A stretch of DNA of 63,357 nucleotides, counting the filler, from Candidatus Zapsychrus exili (GTDB lineage: Bacteria; Omnitrophota; Gorgyraeia; Zapsychrales; Zapsychraceae): NCBI GenBank assembly GCA_030765585.1. It is 5 parts of 5 records of this genome, joined end to end, with 100 filler letters (N's around TTAATTAATTAA, not from the genome) between each part and the next. Parts side by side here need not be neighbours in the genome. Positions count along the whole stretch, not along the records: positions 1 to 27,590 come from JAVCCJ010000027.1; positions 27,691 to 54,203 come from JAVCCJ010000102.1; 3 more parts are not named here. One strand, given 5' to 3'. A program made the position numbers and the translations under genes. The number at the start of each line of letters is the position of its first letter. Position 1 is the first letter of the stretch. Below, in pieces: positions 25,089 through 36,003 of the stretch. Below the pieces are notes generated by a model, which saw only the letters and a list, made by a program, of their open reading frames with translations, was not told the DNA's origin and made no database searches.

Positions 25089-27134
25089 TTTCCTCCACCT
25101 TCTTGTAATATCCTTTATCTCCTCCCAAATAGACTTTTTCCTCTTAAGTATTATCATCTGATTTATCTTTTTCGGAAGCTCATCATAGAATTTATTTATC
25201 CTTTGGTATTCTTCTTTAGGTATCTCAACTCTTCTAAATGTTACTTCTTCGGTATAAACTATTTTTTCTCCCTTAACATCAAATATTCTTTTAAGACTAA
25301 AAAAGCCATTATCCAAATTAACATTAGGCGGCAAATATTCAATACGAAAACCAGCAGGAATATGATAAGCAATAACTTCTTTATCAAAAGAATTCATAGG
25401 ATAAAATATAGGATATTTTCTTTCCTTCTCAATAAAAACGCTTACTCTATCTGCACCATCAAAATTGATAAATATCATATCGCTTATCACAGGATATCTA
25501 GTTTCTTGTTTTATCCTGCTTTTAATTTTTATAATGCCGTATTTTTCATCCAAGTTTTCTATTTTGTGCTCTAAAATCTCACCATTAGGAGCTATTGTTG
25601 AATATATATATTCCATAAGCTCCTTTTTTTTCTGTTCGCTACAATCTTTATATTCTCTCCTAAAACGTATTGAATCATTAAGATCCCAAACATTCCTGCT
25701 TTCACGAATATCAAAACCATCCCCATCAATGTTTACATAAATATCACGATCGCTATGCTCATAATCTCTTTTTATATCAAACAGAGGGAAGCGCCCAAAT
25801 ACGCCCGCATCTTCTTTAACAATAAATGTATATGCCATTTGATAAGACATAGGATACTCTCCTATATCGTAATCATCTAAAAGTGGATCAATATAAAAAT
25901 CCTCACCTTTTGGGTTATTTACAAGAAGCACCACGTGATTAAATAATATCGGATACGGCAAGTCATAGACAGGATCGCTAATAGAGTCCTCATCCCGAAA
26001 AAGCGCCATATCAGCATTAATACCGCCAATTGATAAAATGGTCTTTGTTAAAAGCGACAGGTCTTTGCAGTCTCCATATTTATTTGCAAAAACCTCATCG
26101 GTTGCATGTGGTTTAAAATTGTTCTCACCCAAAGACATTGAAACATATCTAAAATTCTCCTGAACATATTCAAGCGCTGCGCGCACCTTATCCTTTAAAG
26201 TTTCTTTTCCTTCAAATATCTTCTCTGCCACTTGTCTTATCTCAGGAGTTATGACAATACCCTCTTGCGACACCCTATAAAACCAAGCAGCTACATCATC
26301 CCACGAATTAAAAGAAGAAAACGCTATACAATTCTTAATATCTTCAAATCTTGGCGTTGGCATTAAATCTTCGTTTTTCCCTTCGTAATATGCCTCTTCA
26401 ATATGCCAGCTGTACGTTATTGTATCTTCATCCTCAGTGATAACAGGCATTCTATCGTCATCGAGTTTAAAACTTTTATAATTAATATTGAGACTTTTAG
26501 AAAATGTATAGCTTACGTTCGACTCTTTTGTAGGATACCCATATTCAAGATAAGTCTCGCTCCAAAAAGATTCAGGTATTGTTTTACCCTTTGACTTTAT
26601 TATCTTCTTTATCTCAATAGTAGACCCTACATTGACCTCCGGCATGCTTAACACTTTTACCCTAAGATCAGAATACATTGCATAACTAGGATAGGCCTTA
26701 AAATCCTGAATTTTAGAATGTTTAATAACCTTACCCTTAGGCGTTATCGTGTGTGCGCCAAGCGCGAGTATTTTATCGCGACCATCAGTATAATAGACTG
26801 ATATCTCGCCCATACTCTTAGCGCTTTCTTTAAGTATTTTTATCTTCTTATAAGAACTACGGATATACGACCAATCCTCATTAAGCACAACAGAATAGTT
26901 ATCTACAAGAACTATTTTGTCCTCATCAGAGTGCTCTTCTTCAAAAGAAAGCGGCTCTTGTACTTTTTCTATTTCTTGCTGTGTTTCTACATAGGTATCA
27001 TCCTTGCCAGTAACACTGGCATCTTCGACTTTTAAAACCGCGCCAGGTTTAAGCGGATTGCCTTCAAAATAAACAACAAAAGCAAAACAGAGCAACAAAA
27101 CAACCAATAATATTACTTTAAAAACATTTTTCAT
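25086..27134 (-). CDS. DUF3857 + transglutaminase-like domain protein
   Basis: YGDCKD catalytic Cys, FNHVV, YIDP triad; start MKNVF behind GGAGGT. Confidence 0.88.
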   Translation of the reverse strand: MKNVFKVILLVVLLLCFAFVVYFEGNPLKPGAVLKVEDASVTGKDDTYVETQQEIEKVQEPLSFEEEHSDEDKIVLVDNYSVVLNEDWSYIRSSYKKIKILKESAKSMGEISVYYTDGRDKILALGAHTITPKGKVIKHSKIQDFKAYPSYAMYSDLRVKVLSMPEVNVGSTIEIKKIIKSKGKTIPESFWSETYLEYGYPTKESNVSYTFSKSLNINYKSFKLDDDRMPVITEDEDTITYSWHIEEAYYEGKNEDLMPTPRFEDIKNCIAFSSFNSWDDVAAWFYRVSQEGIVITPEIRQVAEKIFEGKETLKDKVRAALEYVQENFRYVSMSLGENNFKPHATDEVFANKYGDCKDLSLLTKTILSIGGINADMALFRDEDSISDPVYDLPYPILFNHVVLLVNNPKGEDFYIDPLLDDYDIGEYPMSYQMAYTFIVKEDAGVFGRFPLFDIKRDYEHSDRDIYVNIDGDGFDIRESRNVWDLNDSIRFRREYKDCSEQKKKELMEYIYSTIAPNGEILEHKIENLDEKYGIIKIKSRIKQETRYPVISDMIFINFDGADRVSVFIEKERKYPIFYPMNSFDKEVIAYHIPAGFRIEYLPPNVNLDNGFFSLKRIFDVKGEKIVYTEEVTFRRVEIPKEEYQRINKFYDELPKKINQMIILKRKKSIWEEIKDITRRWRK

Positions 27135-27306
27135 TGAAACCTCCACTTTTATCTGTGCAACCCATAAAAAAATCCCCCGCCGGCATACTTTCGCCAACGA
27201 AGGTTTTACTTTTTTAAAGTCCAGGTTCCCCCAGCAAACACAGGACGTTCTAAATTATTATTTTATTATACTCCTGCAATATCCAAAAATCAAGAACTAC
27301 AGTTTT

Positions 27307-27352
27307 GTTTTACCTTTTACCTTTTGCCTTTTGCCTTTTGCCTTTTTCCTTA
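27307..27352. repeat. TTTTGCC/TTTTACC short tandem repeat
   Basis: gttttaccttttaccttttgccttttgccttttgcctttttcc. Confidence 0.7.
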
Positions 27353-27467
27353 CTTTTTCATACACCCACTGTCAAGTGGTGAACACTCAGCTTCGCTGGA
27401 ACGCTTTGAACAATTTGAACAGCGTTACTCAACATCCTCTTTAATGCCAACAACTTATTTAGACCGT

Positions 27468-27590
27468 TGTAGATTCTAGTTTCTAGTGCAACAGTTTAAA
27501 GAATACCTCATTAGGTGTATAAAAATCATGTACTTTTCGAGGCCTGTCGTTTAATAGTTCTTGGACCTCTTTTAATTTCTTTTCTGATAC
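27468..27590 (-). mobile_element. IS30-family element right end (transposase C-terminus 27483-27590 plus 26-bp IR 27468-27493)
   Basis: LNDRPRKVHDFYTPNEVF motif; TGTAGATTCTAGTTTCTAGTGCAACA resembles the IS30 IR; at contig end. Confidence 0.88.
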
Positions 27591-27690
27591 NNNNNNNNNN
27601 NNNNNNNNNNNNNNNNNNNNNNNNNNNNNNNNNNTTAATTAATTAANNNNNNNNNNNNNNNNNNNNNNNNNNNNNNNNNNNNNNNNNNNN
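27591..27690. other. Artificial contig spacer
   Basis: N-run with TTAATTAATTAA core. Confidence 0.99.
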
Positions 27691-27787
27691 CTTCAAAATG
27701 TGGTATTCTTTGACCTCTAAGGGTCGTTTAGGAGTCTTTTCAGGCATGCAACCATTATAACTTAGTATTAAATGGTTATCAACCTTT

Positions 27788-27815
27788 AGTTGCTATAATG
27801 TATATTATAGCAACT
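27788..27815. promoter_or_regulatory. dif/Xer-like recombination site 1
   Basis: AGTTGCTATAA-TGTATA-TTATAGCAACT, 11-6-11 architecture, E. coli dif central hexamer. Confidence 0.55.
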
Positions 27816-27821
27816 AAGGAA

Positions 27822-28160
27822 TTAAGCTTTGCTGAGGTATGTCTCCAGAGCATTCACAACAACCTGGTTTAAATTAAGATCATGCTCGTTAGCATATACA
27901 TACGCTTCTCGGTGTAATATTTCACCAGCTCGTACATTAAATGAACCTTTTAATGGTTTTTCTGAAACAATATTCTTCTTAGCACAAAGCTCCAAATAAT
28001 CATCTACAGATTCCTCAAAAGCTTTTTTCAAACTTTTAACATCATTGCCTTCATATGTGACTAAAGCTTTAATAAACTCTAATTTTCCATAGAAAACTTG
28101 ATCTTCATCACTATAATGCACAGATCCTAAGTATTCTTTATATGATATTATATCTTTCAT
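27822..28160 (-). CDS. hicB: HicB antitoxin
   Basis: YKEYLGSVHYS...FEESVDDYL...KGSFNVR...H...SLN-type pattern. Confidence 0.92.
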   Translation of the reverse strand: MKDIISYKEYLGSVHYSDEDQVFYGKLEFIKALVTYEGNDVKSLKKAFEESVDDYLELCAKKNIVSEKPLKGSFNVRAGEILHREAYVYANEHDLNLNQVVVNALETYLSKA

Positions 28161-28411
28161 AATAATTTCTCCTGTTTTAATCTTTCTAAAATCAATTCTA
28201 TTTGATACTTTTTAAGAATTTTACCAGGATGCGGTTTATGCAAAACAATCGGTGTCAACTCATCATGAACAAATCTTCTTCGCGATCCTCCTGTTTTGCC
28301 TGTTTTATATTCAGAGAACCCAAAATTGCTTAATATGGTACATAATTCATCCCACGTAAAATCTTTTGGCTTCTTCTTAAAACGTTCAAATAGTTTTTCT
28401 TTCTTTGTCAT
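28157..28411 (-). CDS. hicA: HicA toxin
   Basis: PKDFTWDEL...GKTGGSRRRF...LHKPHP; coupled to hicB. Confidence 0.92.
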   Translation of the reverse strand: MTKKEKLFERFKKKPKDFTWDELCTILSNFGFSEYKTGKTGGSRRRFVHDELTPIVLHKPHPGKILKKYQIELILERLKQEKLL

Positions 28412-28416
28412 AAATT

Positions 28417-28461
28417 AGTATACCATAAAAAAATAAGTATTGCAACTAAATCTAGTTACAA
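28417..28461 (-). promoter_or_regulatory. hicAB promoter with palindromic operator
   Basis: -35 TTGCAA and -10 TATACT ending 5 nt before the ATG; TTGCAACTA-AATC-TAGTTACAA overlaps -35. Confidence 0.55.
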
Positions 28462-28523
28462 TACTTAAGAATTAAAAAATTATCTAAATATATCTATTTC
28501 ATAAACTCCGTCGACATTTCTCT

Positions 28524-28551
28524 ACTTATCATAATATCAATTATGATAAGT
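28524..28551. promoter_or_regulatory. dif/Xer-like recombination site 2
   Basis: ACTTATCATAA-TATCAA-TTATGATAAGT; right arm resembles the XerD arm TTATGTTAAAT. Confidence 0.6.
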
Positions 28552-28850
28552 AGAAAGTAAAATAAAAAAATGGTTACTTAAACATACGCTATAACAACCA
28601 TCAAAGAATACCAAATAATGGGCTTCCCGGGAGCGTACAGGTCTTAACTGTATCTCTCAATTATACAATCCGTATTGTATAACGGTACACTCTGCTATTA
28701 GCCAATTCAGAGATAAAGTTAGTTTAATTATGTCCTATTTGTCCAACTTTCAAATATCTATTTTACGCAAACTATTGATATATAATCAATTACAAATGTC
28801 CATCTACAATAGCCGGACATCTATTTTCTTACTAATAAAATGTTTACTAT

Positions 28851-30209
28851 TTACTTCCACTGAACAATATATCGTGCAGTCTTTGGCTTAATATTAAAAA
28901 CAATATGATTCTTATGCGCTCCAACCCCTAAAACATCTTTATTGTCAGCTTCACTAACAATTACGCCCTTCGGCTCTTTACCAGAATTTACAACAATTGT
29001 TAAAGGATGATCAAACTCCTTAGGGTCAAAATTAATCTTCACATCTATTAAAACTTTATTCTCAGAAATCTTTTTATGTGAAACATCTGTATTCTTGCTC
29101 TCAAATAAATAATCATATATATTAGAAAAAGTATCTACCCAGACTTTACCACTATTCCTCTTTAAATAACCAAGAGTATCCCTCAAAACACTTTCAGCCA
29201 AAGGGCGATAAGTGTATGCTATTTTATCATGTGGCATTGCGTGACATTCAGCTATCATCCAAAGCTGATTATCCGCAGAAAAATCAATAAATTTCTTTGC
29301 CATATGCGATGTAAATTTATGCCCTCCAATAATCGGAATAAAAATCTTTTTGTATATTGAATACAAATAGTTATACTCACGTAGACCTTTATGCCTTTCT
29401 AAAACTTTGTCTATTAAATCGCTATTATACGCATCAAAAGGAAATACAAATGTTCTTGGGAGAATACCAATTTCTCGTTTTATAAGGTCAAAGCCCCCGT
29501 TTATCTCATCTTCAATCTTATCAGCTGATATTTGCGTCAAATTCTGATGGTTTTTAGTATGATTAGCAATCTCGTGTCCTTGGCGTGATGCCTCTCTCCA
29601 ATATTCCCAAGATCCATTTTGCAAATTTAAAGCATCCCCCAATAAAAGTCCTGTATTAATAGGAATTGTCATCTTAAAATTAAATTCATTAAATATAGGA
29701 ATAGCTTTTTCATAAACACTAACTTGCCCATCATCGAAACAGAAACTCATACCCATTTTCTTGTTCTGCCAAAATGGAGCAATAAAAACATCCTCTTCTA
29801 CAGTCTCATTATCAAATATTTTATCTCTATGTTGGTCAATAATAGCATTTGTAGCAATATAATCTGGCGCTTTTGTAGATAAGGATAGTACTTCGAAAAA
29901 CTTCTTTTGATCAGATGCTGCTAAAGCTGACTTAGCTAAATGACGATAAGGGGCTTCAGAAAGTGGTGAAATCTTTTGAAGTTCGTGCAGACGTATAAGA
30001 ACTTCATCATTCTTACCTTCTTTAACTTTTTGTTCCAGAAGGTCAATCTCCTTATCAATTTGCTTTGAATAGAAGGATACTATTCTTTGCACATCTTCTG
30101 CACTAGAATAAACAATTTCTCCAGCAAAAGCATTCGCTGAAGTAATAAAAATGAGCACAGCACAAGAAATAAAGGCTTTGAAAGAATTTCTAAACTCTCC
30201 AATAAACAT
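28851..30209 (-). CDS. Secreted polysaccharide deacetylase (CE4/NodB)
   Basis: FCFDDG, HEIANHTKNH, TFVFPF motifs; signal peptide. Confidence 0.85.
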   Translation of the reverse strand: MFIGEFRNSFKAFISCAVLIFITSANAFAGEIVYSSAEDVQRIVSFYSKQIDKEIDLLEQKVKEGKNDEVLIRLHELQKISPLSEAPYRHLAKSALAASDQKKFFEVLSLSTKAPDYIATNAIIDQHRDKIFDNETVEEDVFIAPFWQNKKMGMSFCFDDGQVSVYEKAIPIFNEFNFKMTIPINTGLLLGDALNLQNGSWEYWREASRQGHEIANHTKNHQNLTQISADKIEDEINGGFDLIKREIGILPRTFVFPFDAYNSDLIDKVLERHKGLREYNYLYSIYKKIFIPIIGGHKFTSHMAKKFIDFSADNQLWMIAECHAMPHDKIAYTYRPLAESVLRDTLGYLKRNSGKVWVDTFSNIYDYLFESKNTDVSHKKISENKVLIDVKINFDPKEFDHPLTIVVNSGKEPKGVIVSEADNKDVLGVGAHKNHIVFNIKPKTARYIVQWK

Positions 30210-30305
30210 AATATATCCAATTTCTATTTAACATTTTAAGAACGCTTATCAACATTTCTTCTTAACAAAGCATTTAATTGTTTCTTCTTGCGCAATACTC
30301 CTAAA

Positions 30306-31364
30306 TTATATCCAGTTCTTTTTTTTAAAATATGCCAACATTCCAAAACCTACAAAAGATACGATTCCTAAAAATATAAAATATCCATACTTCCATTTTA
30401 ATTCTGGCATAAACTCAAAATTCATACCGTAAATACCTGCCATAAAAGTTAGAGGAATAAAAATGGCGGCAAAAATCGTCAGCACCTTCATAATCTCATT
30501 CATTTTATTACTAATACCTGAAAGATAGCTATCATGCAGACCTGAAAGCATCTCTCTAAAAGATTCTACAGTGTCCATAACTTGAATAGTATGGTCATAA
30601 AGATCACGTAGAAATATGCCTGTTTGTTTTTTAATGAGCTCTGACTCACTTCTTTGTAGCCCACTAATAACTTCTCGCAAAGGCCAAATTTGTTTTCTTA
30701 AATAAATCATATCTCTTTTAAGCCTATGAATCTTTCTGGCAATCTCGTTACTCGGATTCACCATAATCTCTTCTTCTAGCTCTTCTATGTTTTCTCCTCT
30801 TTTTTCAAGAATAACGTAATAATTGTCAATAATAGCATCCAGCAATGAATACGCTAAGTAATCTGCTCCCATTTTTCTAATGCGTCCCTTGTTGTCACGG
30901 ATTCTTTGACGAATAGGATCAAATACATCACCTTCTTTTTCTTGTATTGAAATAACAAAATTAGAACCCACTATTAAACTAATTTGCTCATCAATGATTT
31001 CATGACTTTTCTCATTAAAATAGATCATTTTAAGAACAATAAAAATATAATCGCCATAATCTTCCATTTTTGGTCTTTGACCCAAATTAACAATATCTTC
31101 TGACACCAACGAATGAACGCCATAATGTTCATCAATTTCTTTAATTATCTCAGGAACAACACCTACGACATTTATCCACGAAACCGTAGACGAGTCTTTA
31201 AAAGGAAAACATTCCTCTATTTTATCTACTTTGAATTCTTGAACATTCTTTGCATCATAATCAAATACCGCAATGTCTGCTTCTTTTACTGTTTTTATAT
31301 TTTCTACAAGTGTTCCTGGCGGCAACCCTATGGTCGCTGAAACTTTTTTAAATAATCTTGGCAT
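30306..31364 (-). CDS. corA: Magnesium/cobalt transporter CorA
   Basis: YGMNF signature, MPEL loop, GLPPGT N-terminus. Confidence 0.96.
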   Translation of the reverse strand: MPRLFKKVSATIGLPPGTLVENIKTVKEADIAVFDYDAKNVQEFKVDKIEECFPFKDSSTVSWINVVGVVPEIIKEIDEHYGVHSLVSEDIVNLGQRPKMEDYGDYIFIVLKMIYFNEKSHEIIDEQISLIVGSNFVISIQEKEGDVFDPIRQRIRDNKGRIRKMGADYLAYSLLDAIIDNYYVILEKRGENIEELEEEIMVNPSNEIARKIHRLKRDMIYLRKQIWPLREVISGLQRSESELIKKQTGIFLRDLYDHTIQVMDTVESFREMLSGLHDSYLSGISNKMNEIMKVLTIFAAIFIPLTFMAGIYGMNFEFMPELKWKYGYFIFLGIVSFVGFGMLAYFKKKNWI

Positions 31365-31365
31365 A

Positions 31366-32013
31366 TCATTCTCCTATCTGTTTAATCTCTGGTATTGTAA
31401 CAGGTTCATCAAATTTTATAATTAATTCAGTCCCAGAAGGAATGCTAATCTCTTTCATGTCGGATATCATAATAGAGCCTAAGCCTACTATTGTTCCGAT
31501 TGCTAATCCTTTTGCTGATCCTTTTTCACCAAAAGCATTCTTGCCTACTAATGCTCCAACAACGGCACTACCACCTACTATACTTGCATTCTTTATTGTT
31601 TTACCTTCTATTTTCATCACCCTAAGACCTTGATCAGTATCAAGACTTGCTATAATTGGAATAATAAAATCTTTGGAGATAACTAACTGATCAAATAATA
31701 AAACTAAATTTGCCCTATCGCCAATTTTTTCAAACTTTGTTGCACGCTTAATAAGGCCACGAATTTCAGTCTCCTTAGGTAAAACCACCTCTTCTCCGTA
31801 CAGTAATGGATTTCTTAGCTTTACAACCAGCTGATCACCCCTTTTATTCTCGTTAGAATTCAATGCTGTCATCAAAGTAACATTGATTTCTGTTGATTTG
31901 TTTACTTGATACCCTTCTGCAATTTTCTTAACCTGTTCATTTGATATATCACAACCAATAAAAACATATGCACAAATCAAGACTACTAAAACTTTCCCAT
32001 ATAAATTATTCAT
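31366..32013 (-). CDS. Hypothetical lipoprotein (TrbI-like beta domain with glycine zipper)
   Basis: FIGC lipobox; GGSAVVGALVG glycine zipper; IPSGTELII. Confidence 0.65.
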   Translation of the reverse strand: MNNLYGKVLVVLICAYVFIGCDISNEQVKKIAEGYQVNKSTEINVTLMTALNSNENKRGDQLVVKLRNPLLYGEEVVLPKETEIRGLIKRATKFEKIGDRANLVLLFDQLVISKDFIIPIIASLDTDQGLRVMKIEGKTIKNASIVGGSAVVGALVGKNAFGEKGSAKGLAIGTIVGLGSIMISDMKEISIPSGTELIIKFDEPVTIPEIKQIGE

Positions 32014-32106
32014 AATTCTCCCATATTATCGCCTAATACTTGATCCATCAATTAACCTCTATTTTGTAATTTCAAAATACAAACAATAAGTCCTACTATT
32101 ATAGAA

Positions 32107-34704
32107 TTACTTGTTCTTATTGTCTTTTGCAGTAAACAAGAACTCTTTATTATTTACATCAACGCTAATACAATCTTTTTCCTTAAACTCACCTTTAAGA
32201 ATCTTTAAAGCTACTGGATCTTGGATATATTTTTGAATAATTCTTTTTAATGGTCGAGCGCCATAAACCATGTCATATCCTAGCTCGCCTAGAAGATCCT
32301 TGGCTTTATCTGACAACTGAAGATCGAAGTTCTTTTCTTGTAACCTAGATTTTAATGTTTCCAATTGTATATCAACAATCAAACGTATATTTTCTATACT
32401 TAATTTATTAAAAACAATAATCTCATCTATACGATTTAAGAATTCGGGACGAAAATGTTTTTTCATAATATTATTAATTTTGACATCAATATCTTTTTTA
32501 TCTTCTGATTCTAAAATTAATTCTGTTCCAATATTTGAAGTCATGATAATAATAGTATTCTTAAAATTAACTACTCTTCCTTGCCCATCTGTTAATCTTC
32601 CATCATCAAGAATTTGCAATAAAGCATTAAAAACATCCTGATGGGCTTTTTCAATCTCATCAAATAATATAACTGAATAAGGACGTCTACGAACAGACTC
32701 TGTAAGCTGTCCTCCTTCTTCATACCCTACATACCCTGGAGGAGCTCCAATTAACTTAGACACACTATGTTGCTCCATATACTCACTCATATCTATACGT
32801 ATCATGGCATTTTCATCATCAAACAAAAACCATGCCAATGATTTCGCTAATTCCGTTTTGCCTACTCCAGTTGGGCCAACAAAAACAAAGGATCCAACAG
32901 GACGACTAGGATCGCTAAGTCCAATTCTTGAACGTCGTATTGCATTTGCAATTAAATCAATCGCCTGATCTTGTCCAACAATTTTAGCCTTTAAGCTTTC
33001 TTCGATATTAACTAGTTTCTCTGTTTCACCCTCCATCAACTTTGAAAGTGGTATTTTAGTCCACTTAGCAACAACTTCTGCTATGTCTTGATCGTCAACT
33101 TCTTCCTTAAGCATAGAACCTTGTTTTTGCAATGTTACAAACTTTTCATTTTGAAGCTCTAAATCTTTATTTAAATTAACTAAAATACCATACTTAATTT
33201 CTGCAGCCCTATTTAAATCACCCTCTTTTTCAGCCTTATTTTCTTCCAGCTTCTTTTGTTCAATTTCCGACTTAATCTTACGCATTTCGTCAATAAGCTC
33301 TTTTTCACTCTGCCATTGCAAACGAAGCTTTTTATTGTCTTCCTTTAAAGATTCCAACTCTTTATCTAATTTCTTTAGTCTTTCCTTTGAAGCCTCATCT
33401 TTTTCTTTTTTCAAAGCTTGTTTCTCAATCTCTAACTGACGAATCCTGCGCTCATTGGCATCAAGCTCTTGAGGCATACTATCAATTTCAATTCTAAGCT
33501 TTGAAGCCGCTTCGTCTATAAGATCTATCGCCTTATCAGGTAAAAATCTTTCTGTAATATATCTATCTGAAAGTGTAGCCGCAGCAATAATAGCTGCGTC
33601 TTGAATACGAACTCCATGATGTACTTCATACTTCTCCTTTAATCCACGTAATATAGCAATAGTATCTTCAACCGAAGGTTGACTAACAATAACCTGTTGG
33701 AACCTTCTCTCTAAAGCAGCATCTTTCTCAACATATTTTCTATACTCATCTAAAGTTGTTGCTCCTATGCAGCGAAGTGTTCCACGAGCCAGTGCAGGCT
33801 TAAGCATATTTCCAGCATCCATTGATCCTTCAGTCTTGCCAGCACCAACAATTGTATGCATTTCATCAATAAAAAGTATCACCTGTCCTTGTTTAGATTC
33901 TACTTCTTTTAAAACCGCTTTTAATCTATCTTCAAACTCACCTCTAAACTTTGCTCCTGCAATTAAAGCCCCCATATCTAAAGAAATTACTTTCTTACCC
34001 TTTAAACCCTCAGGAATATCACCTTCATAAATTCTTTGAGCTAAGCCTTCAACAATAGCCGTCTTGCCTACTCCAGGCTCACCAATTAATACAGGATTAT
34101 TCTTTCTTCTTCTAGATAAAACCTGAATAATACGCCTTACCTCCTCATCACGACCAATAACAGGATCTATTTTTCCTTCTTTTGCTAATTGTGTTAAATC
34201 TCTTCCATATTTTTCTAATGCTTGATATTTATCCTCTGAATTAATATCCATTGCCTTCTGTCCCCCTCGTATCTTTTTAAGAATGTTTAAAATATCATCC
34301 TTAGTAATTCCATTACTTTTCAATTCTTTGCTTATAACAGTATCTTCGTTCTCAAAAAATGATAAGGATATATGCTCAAGAGCAACGAACTCATCTTTCA
34401 TATCCGACGAAATCTTTAGTGCTTCGTTTAATATATTATTCAAAGAAACAGACAAAAATGGTTGTTGATCTCCCTGCACCACAGATTTCTTTTCAAGTTC
34501 AAGTTCCAACTTGTCTAAAACTGTATCAACAGGTATGTTCAAATTGTTAAGAAAAGAAACTATTAAACTATCATCTGATTTTAAAAGAGAATAGCTTAAG
34601 TGCTCAGGCTCAATTTGCTGATGTCCAAGCTGCATTGCAAGTTCAACTGACTTTTGAATGGATTCCTGAGTTTTTTGTGTAAATTTTTCAAAATTAATAG
34701 CCAT
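32107..34704 (-). CDS. clpB: ATP-dependent chaperone ClpB
   Basis: Two AAA+ modules ([16 protein letters not shown]) with long middle coiled-coil. Confidence 0.97.
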   Translation of the reverse strand: MAINFEKFTQKTQESIQKSVELAMQLGHQQIEPEHLSYSLLKSDDSLIVSFLNNLNIPVDTVLDKLELELEKKSVVQGDQQPFLSVSLNNILNEALKISSDMKDEFVALEHISLSFFENEDTVISKELKSNGITKDDILNILKKIRGGQKAMDINSEDKYQALEKYGRDLTQLAKEGKIDPVIGRDEEVRRIIQVLSRRRKNNPVLIGEPGVGKTAIVEGLAQRIYEGDIPEGLKGKKVISLDMGALIAGAKFRGEFEDRLKAVLKEVESKQGQVILFIDEMHTIVGAGKTEGSMDAGNMLKPALARGTLRCIGATTLDEYRKYVEKDAALERRFQQVIVSQPSVEDTIAILRGLKEKYEVHHGVRIQDAAIIAAATLSDRYITERFLPDKAIDLIDEAASKLRIEIDSMPQELDANERRIRQLEIEKQALKKEKDEASKERLKKLDKELESLKEDNKKLRLQWQSEKELIDEMRKIKSEIEQKKLEENKAEKEGDLNRAAEIKYGILVNLNKDLELQNEKFVTLQKQGSMLKEEVDDQDIAEVVAKWTKIPLSKLMEGETEKLVNIEESLKAKIVGQDQAIDLIANAIRRSRIGLSDPSRPVGSFVFVGPTGVGKTELAKSLAWFLFDDENAMIRIDMSEYMEQHSVSKLIGAPPGYVGYEEGGQLTESVRRRPYSVILFDEIEKAHQDVFNALLQILDDGRLTDGQGRVVNFKNTIIIMTSNIGTELILESEDKKDIDVKINNIMKKHFRPEFLNRIDEIIVFNKLSIENIRLIVDIQLETLKSRLQEKNFDLQLSDKAKDLLGELGYDMVYGARPLKRIIQKYIQDPVALKILKGEFKEKDCISVDVNNKEFLFTAKDNKNK

Positions 34705-34752
34705 CGCAGTCTCCTTGCTTAAAAGAACTTAATTAACCACAACCAAAAAATG

Positions 34753-34947
34753 TTATTTACTAAAACAATTCTTAGCTACAAACAATCCAGTTACAAAACC
34801 AACAATCATAATAAGTGGTAAAAGAATTATCCCAGGCATGCTTAGCTTCCAAAATAGAAAACGTAAAGAAACCACTTGTGTATTTTGAAGCAAAACAATA
34901 GCTAAAATTACTCCTCCCACCAATAATGCAATCTTTTTATTTTTCAC
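34753..34947 (-). CDS. LapA/DUF1049-like small membrane protein
   Basis: LQNTQVVSLRFLFW motif; AAGGAG RBS with GTG start. Confidence 0.75.
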   Translation of the reverse strand: MKNKKIALLVGGVILAIVLLQNTQVVSLRFLFWKLSMPGIILLPLIMIVGFVTGLFVAKNCFSK

Positions 34948-34969
34948 GTAATCTCCTTTATAAAACTTA

Positions 34970-36001
34970 TTATATTTTCTTATTAATACTGCCTCTTTTT
35001 ACAATTCCCCTCAAAAGTCTCCCTAAAATATCTGCTCCAGTTATTATACGTTTCTCTTCATTCCAGTATAAAATCAAGTCTTGATCTATTACATCATCTT
35101 CTGCATGCTCAGGAAAAACTTTAAATTTGTGAATAACCTGCTCAAGGGTTATACCTTTTTCTTTAACAATAATTGGCCTATGGCAATATTTCTTAATCTT
35201 TGCTTCTTCTTTCTCGTACATAACATCTCTTAAGAATTGATCAGCATCTAATACTAACTTTGGTTGACCACTAAGATCTGTAATGATTACCCATTTCTCA
35301 TCAGATTCATGCATTTTTTGCAAAAGCTCATCATCTGGATTCCTTGTGAATTTAGGAAATATTGGAAATCCAGTCTTATATGTTGGAAAAGAAATGATAC
35401 TTTTAGGGTTAATCGTTTCACCCTCTTCTTCAATCTTTATATCATCCAAATCTAGGAAATTTATAGCCCCTTTAACCTCCATATGACCAACATCTGCGTC
35501 ACTAGAATGAGCATGACGTTGGAGCATCTCAGTTATTTCTTTCTCGTTAAAATACCCTATTTTCTCTTTTCCTAACCACTTATCTAACAAAATTGCTGTT
35601 GGCTTTGCAATTGGATAAAGAATAAGTTGATAAACATGTATGGCGGGAACCAATAAAACACTTGCCTTTAACACATTGCGAGATAAATAAGCCTGGGGCA
35701 AGACTTCCCCTAATAACGTAATTCCTAATGTAGAAAAAATGAAAGCACCTATGCCACTAAAAACCGACTCTGCAATTAGCGCAAGCATAACATTACTAGC
35801 TACATTCCCCCATAACAATGTTGCTAATAAAAGATGGGCATCTTTTCTTAAATTCAATATTCGATTTGCATCAAGGTTACCTGTATTTGCCTGCACTTCT
35901 AATTTAAGACGACTTAATCCAAAGAATCCTAAATTAAGACCTGAAAACATTGCTGAATGGAGAAAGCAAATAAGAATTCCAATCCATTTTATTGTTAACA
36001 A
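34970..36001 (-). CDS. CNNM/DUF21 domain membrane protein
   Basis: SAMFSGLNLG, LLATLLWGNV, GEVLPQA. Confidence 0.88.
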   Translation of the reverse strand: MLTIKWIGILICFLHSAMFSGLNLGFFGLSRLKLEVQANTGNLDANRILNLRKDAHLLLATLLWGNVASNVMLALIAESVFSGIGAFIFSTLGITLLGEVLPQAYLSRNVLKASVLLVPAIHVYQLILYPIAKPTAILLDKWLGKEKIGYFNEKEITEMLQRHAHSSDADVGHMEVKGAINFLDLDDIKIEEEGETINPKSIISFPTYKTGFPIFPKFTRNPDDELLQKMHESDEKWVIITDLSGQPKLVLDADQFLRDVMYEKEEAKIKKYCHRPIIVKEKGITLEQVIHKFKVFPEHAEDDVIDQDLILYWNEEKRIITGADILGRLLRGIVKRGSINKKI

Positions 36002-36003
36002 TT

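Noticed and set aside
25008..25574. 188-aa plus-strand ORF
   Set aside because: Begins in a heptamer array and is antisense to the transglutaminase-like gene
27591..27690. TTAATTAATTAA palindrome inside N-runs, four identical occurrences
   Set aside because: Artificial contig linker; gene adjacency across these gaps is not meaningful
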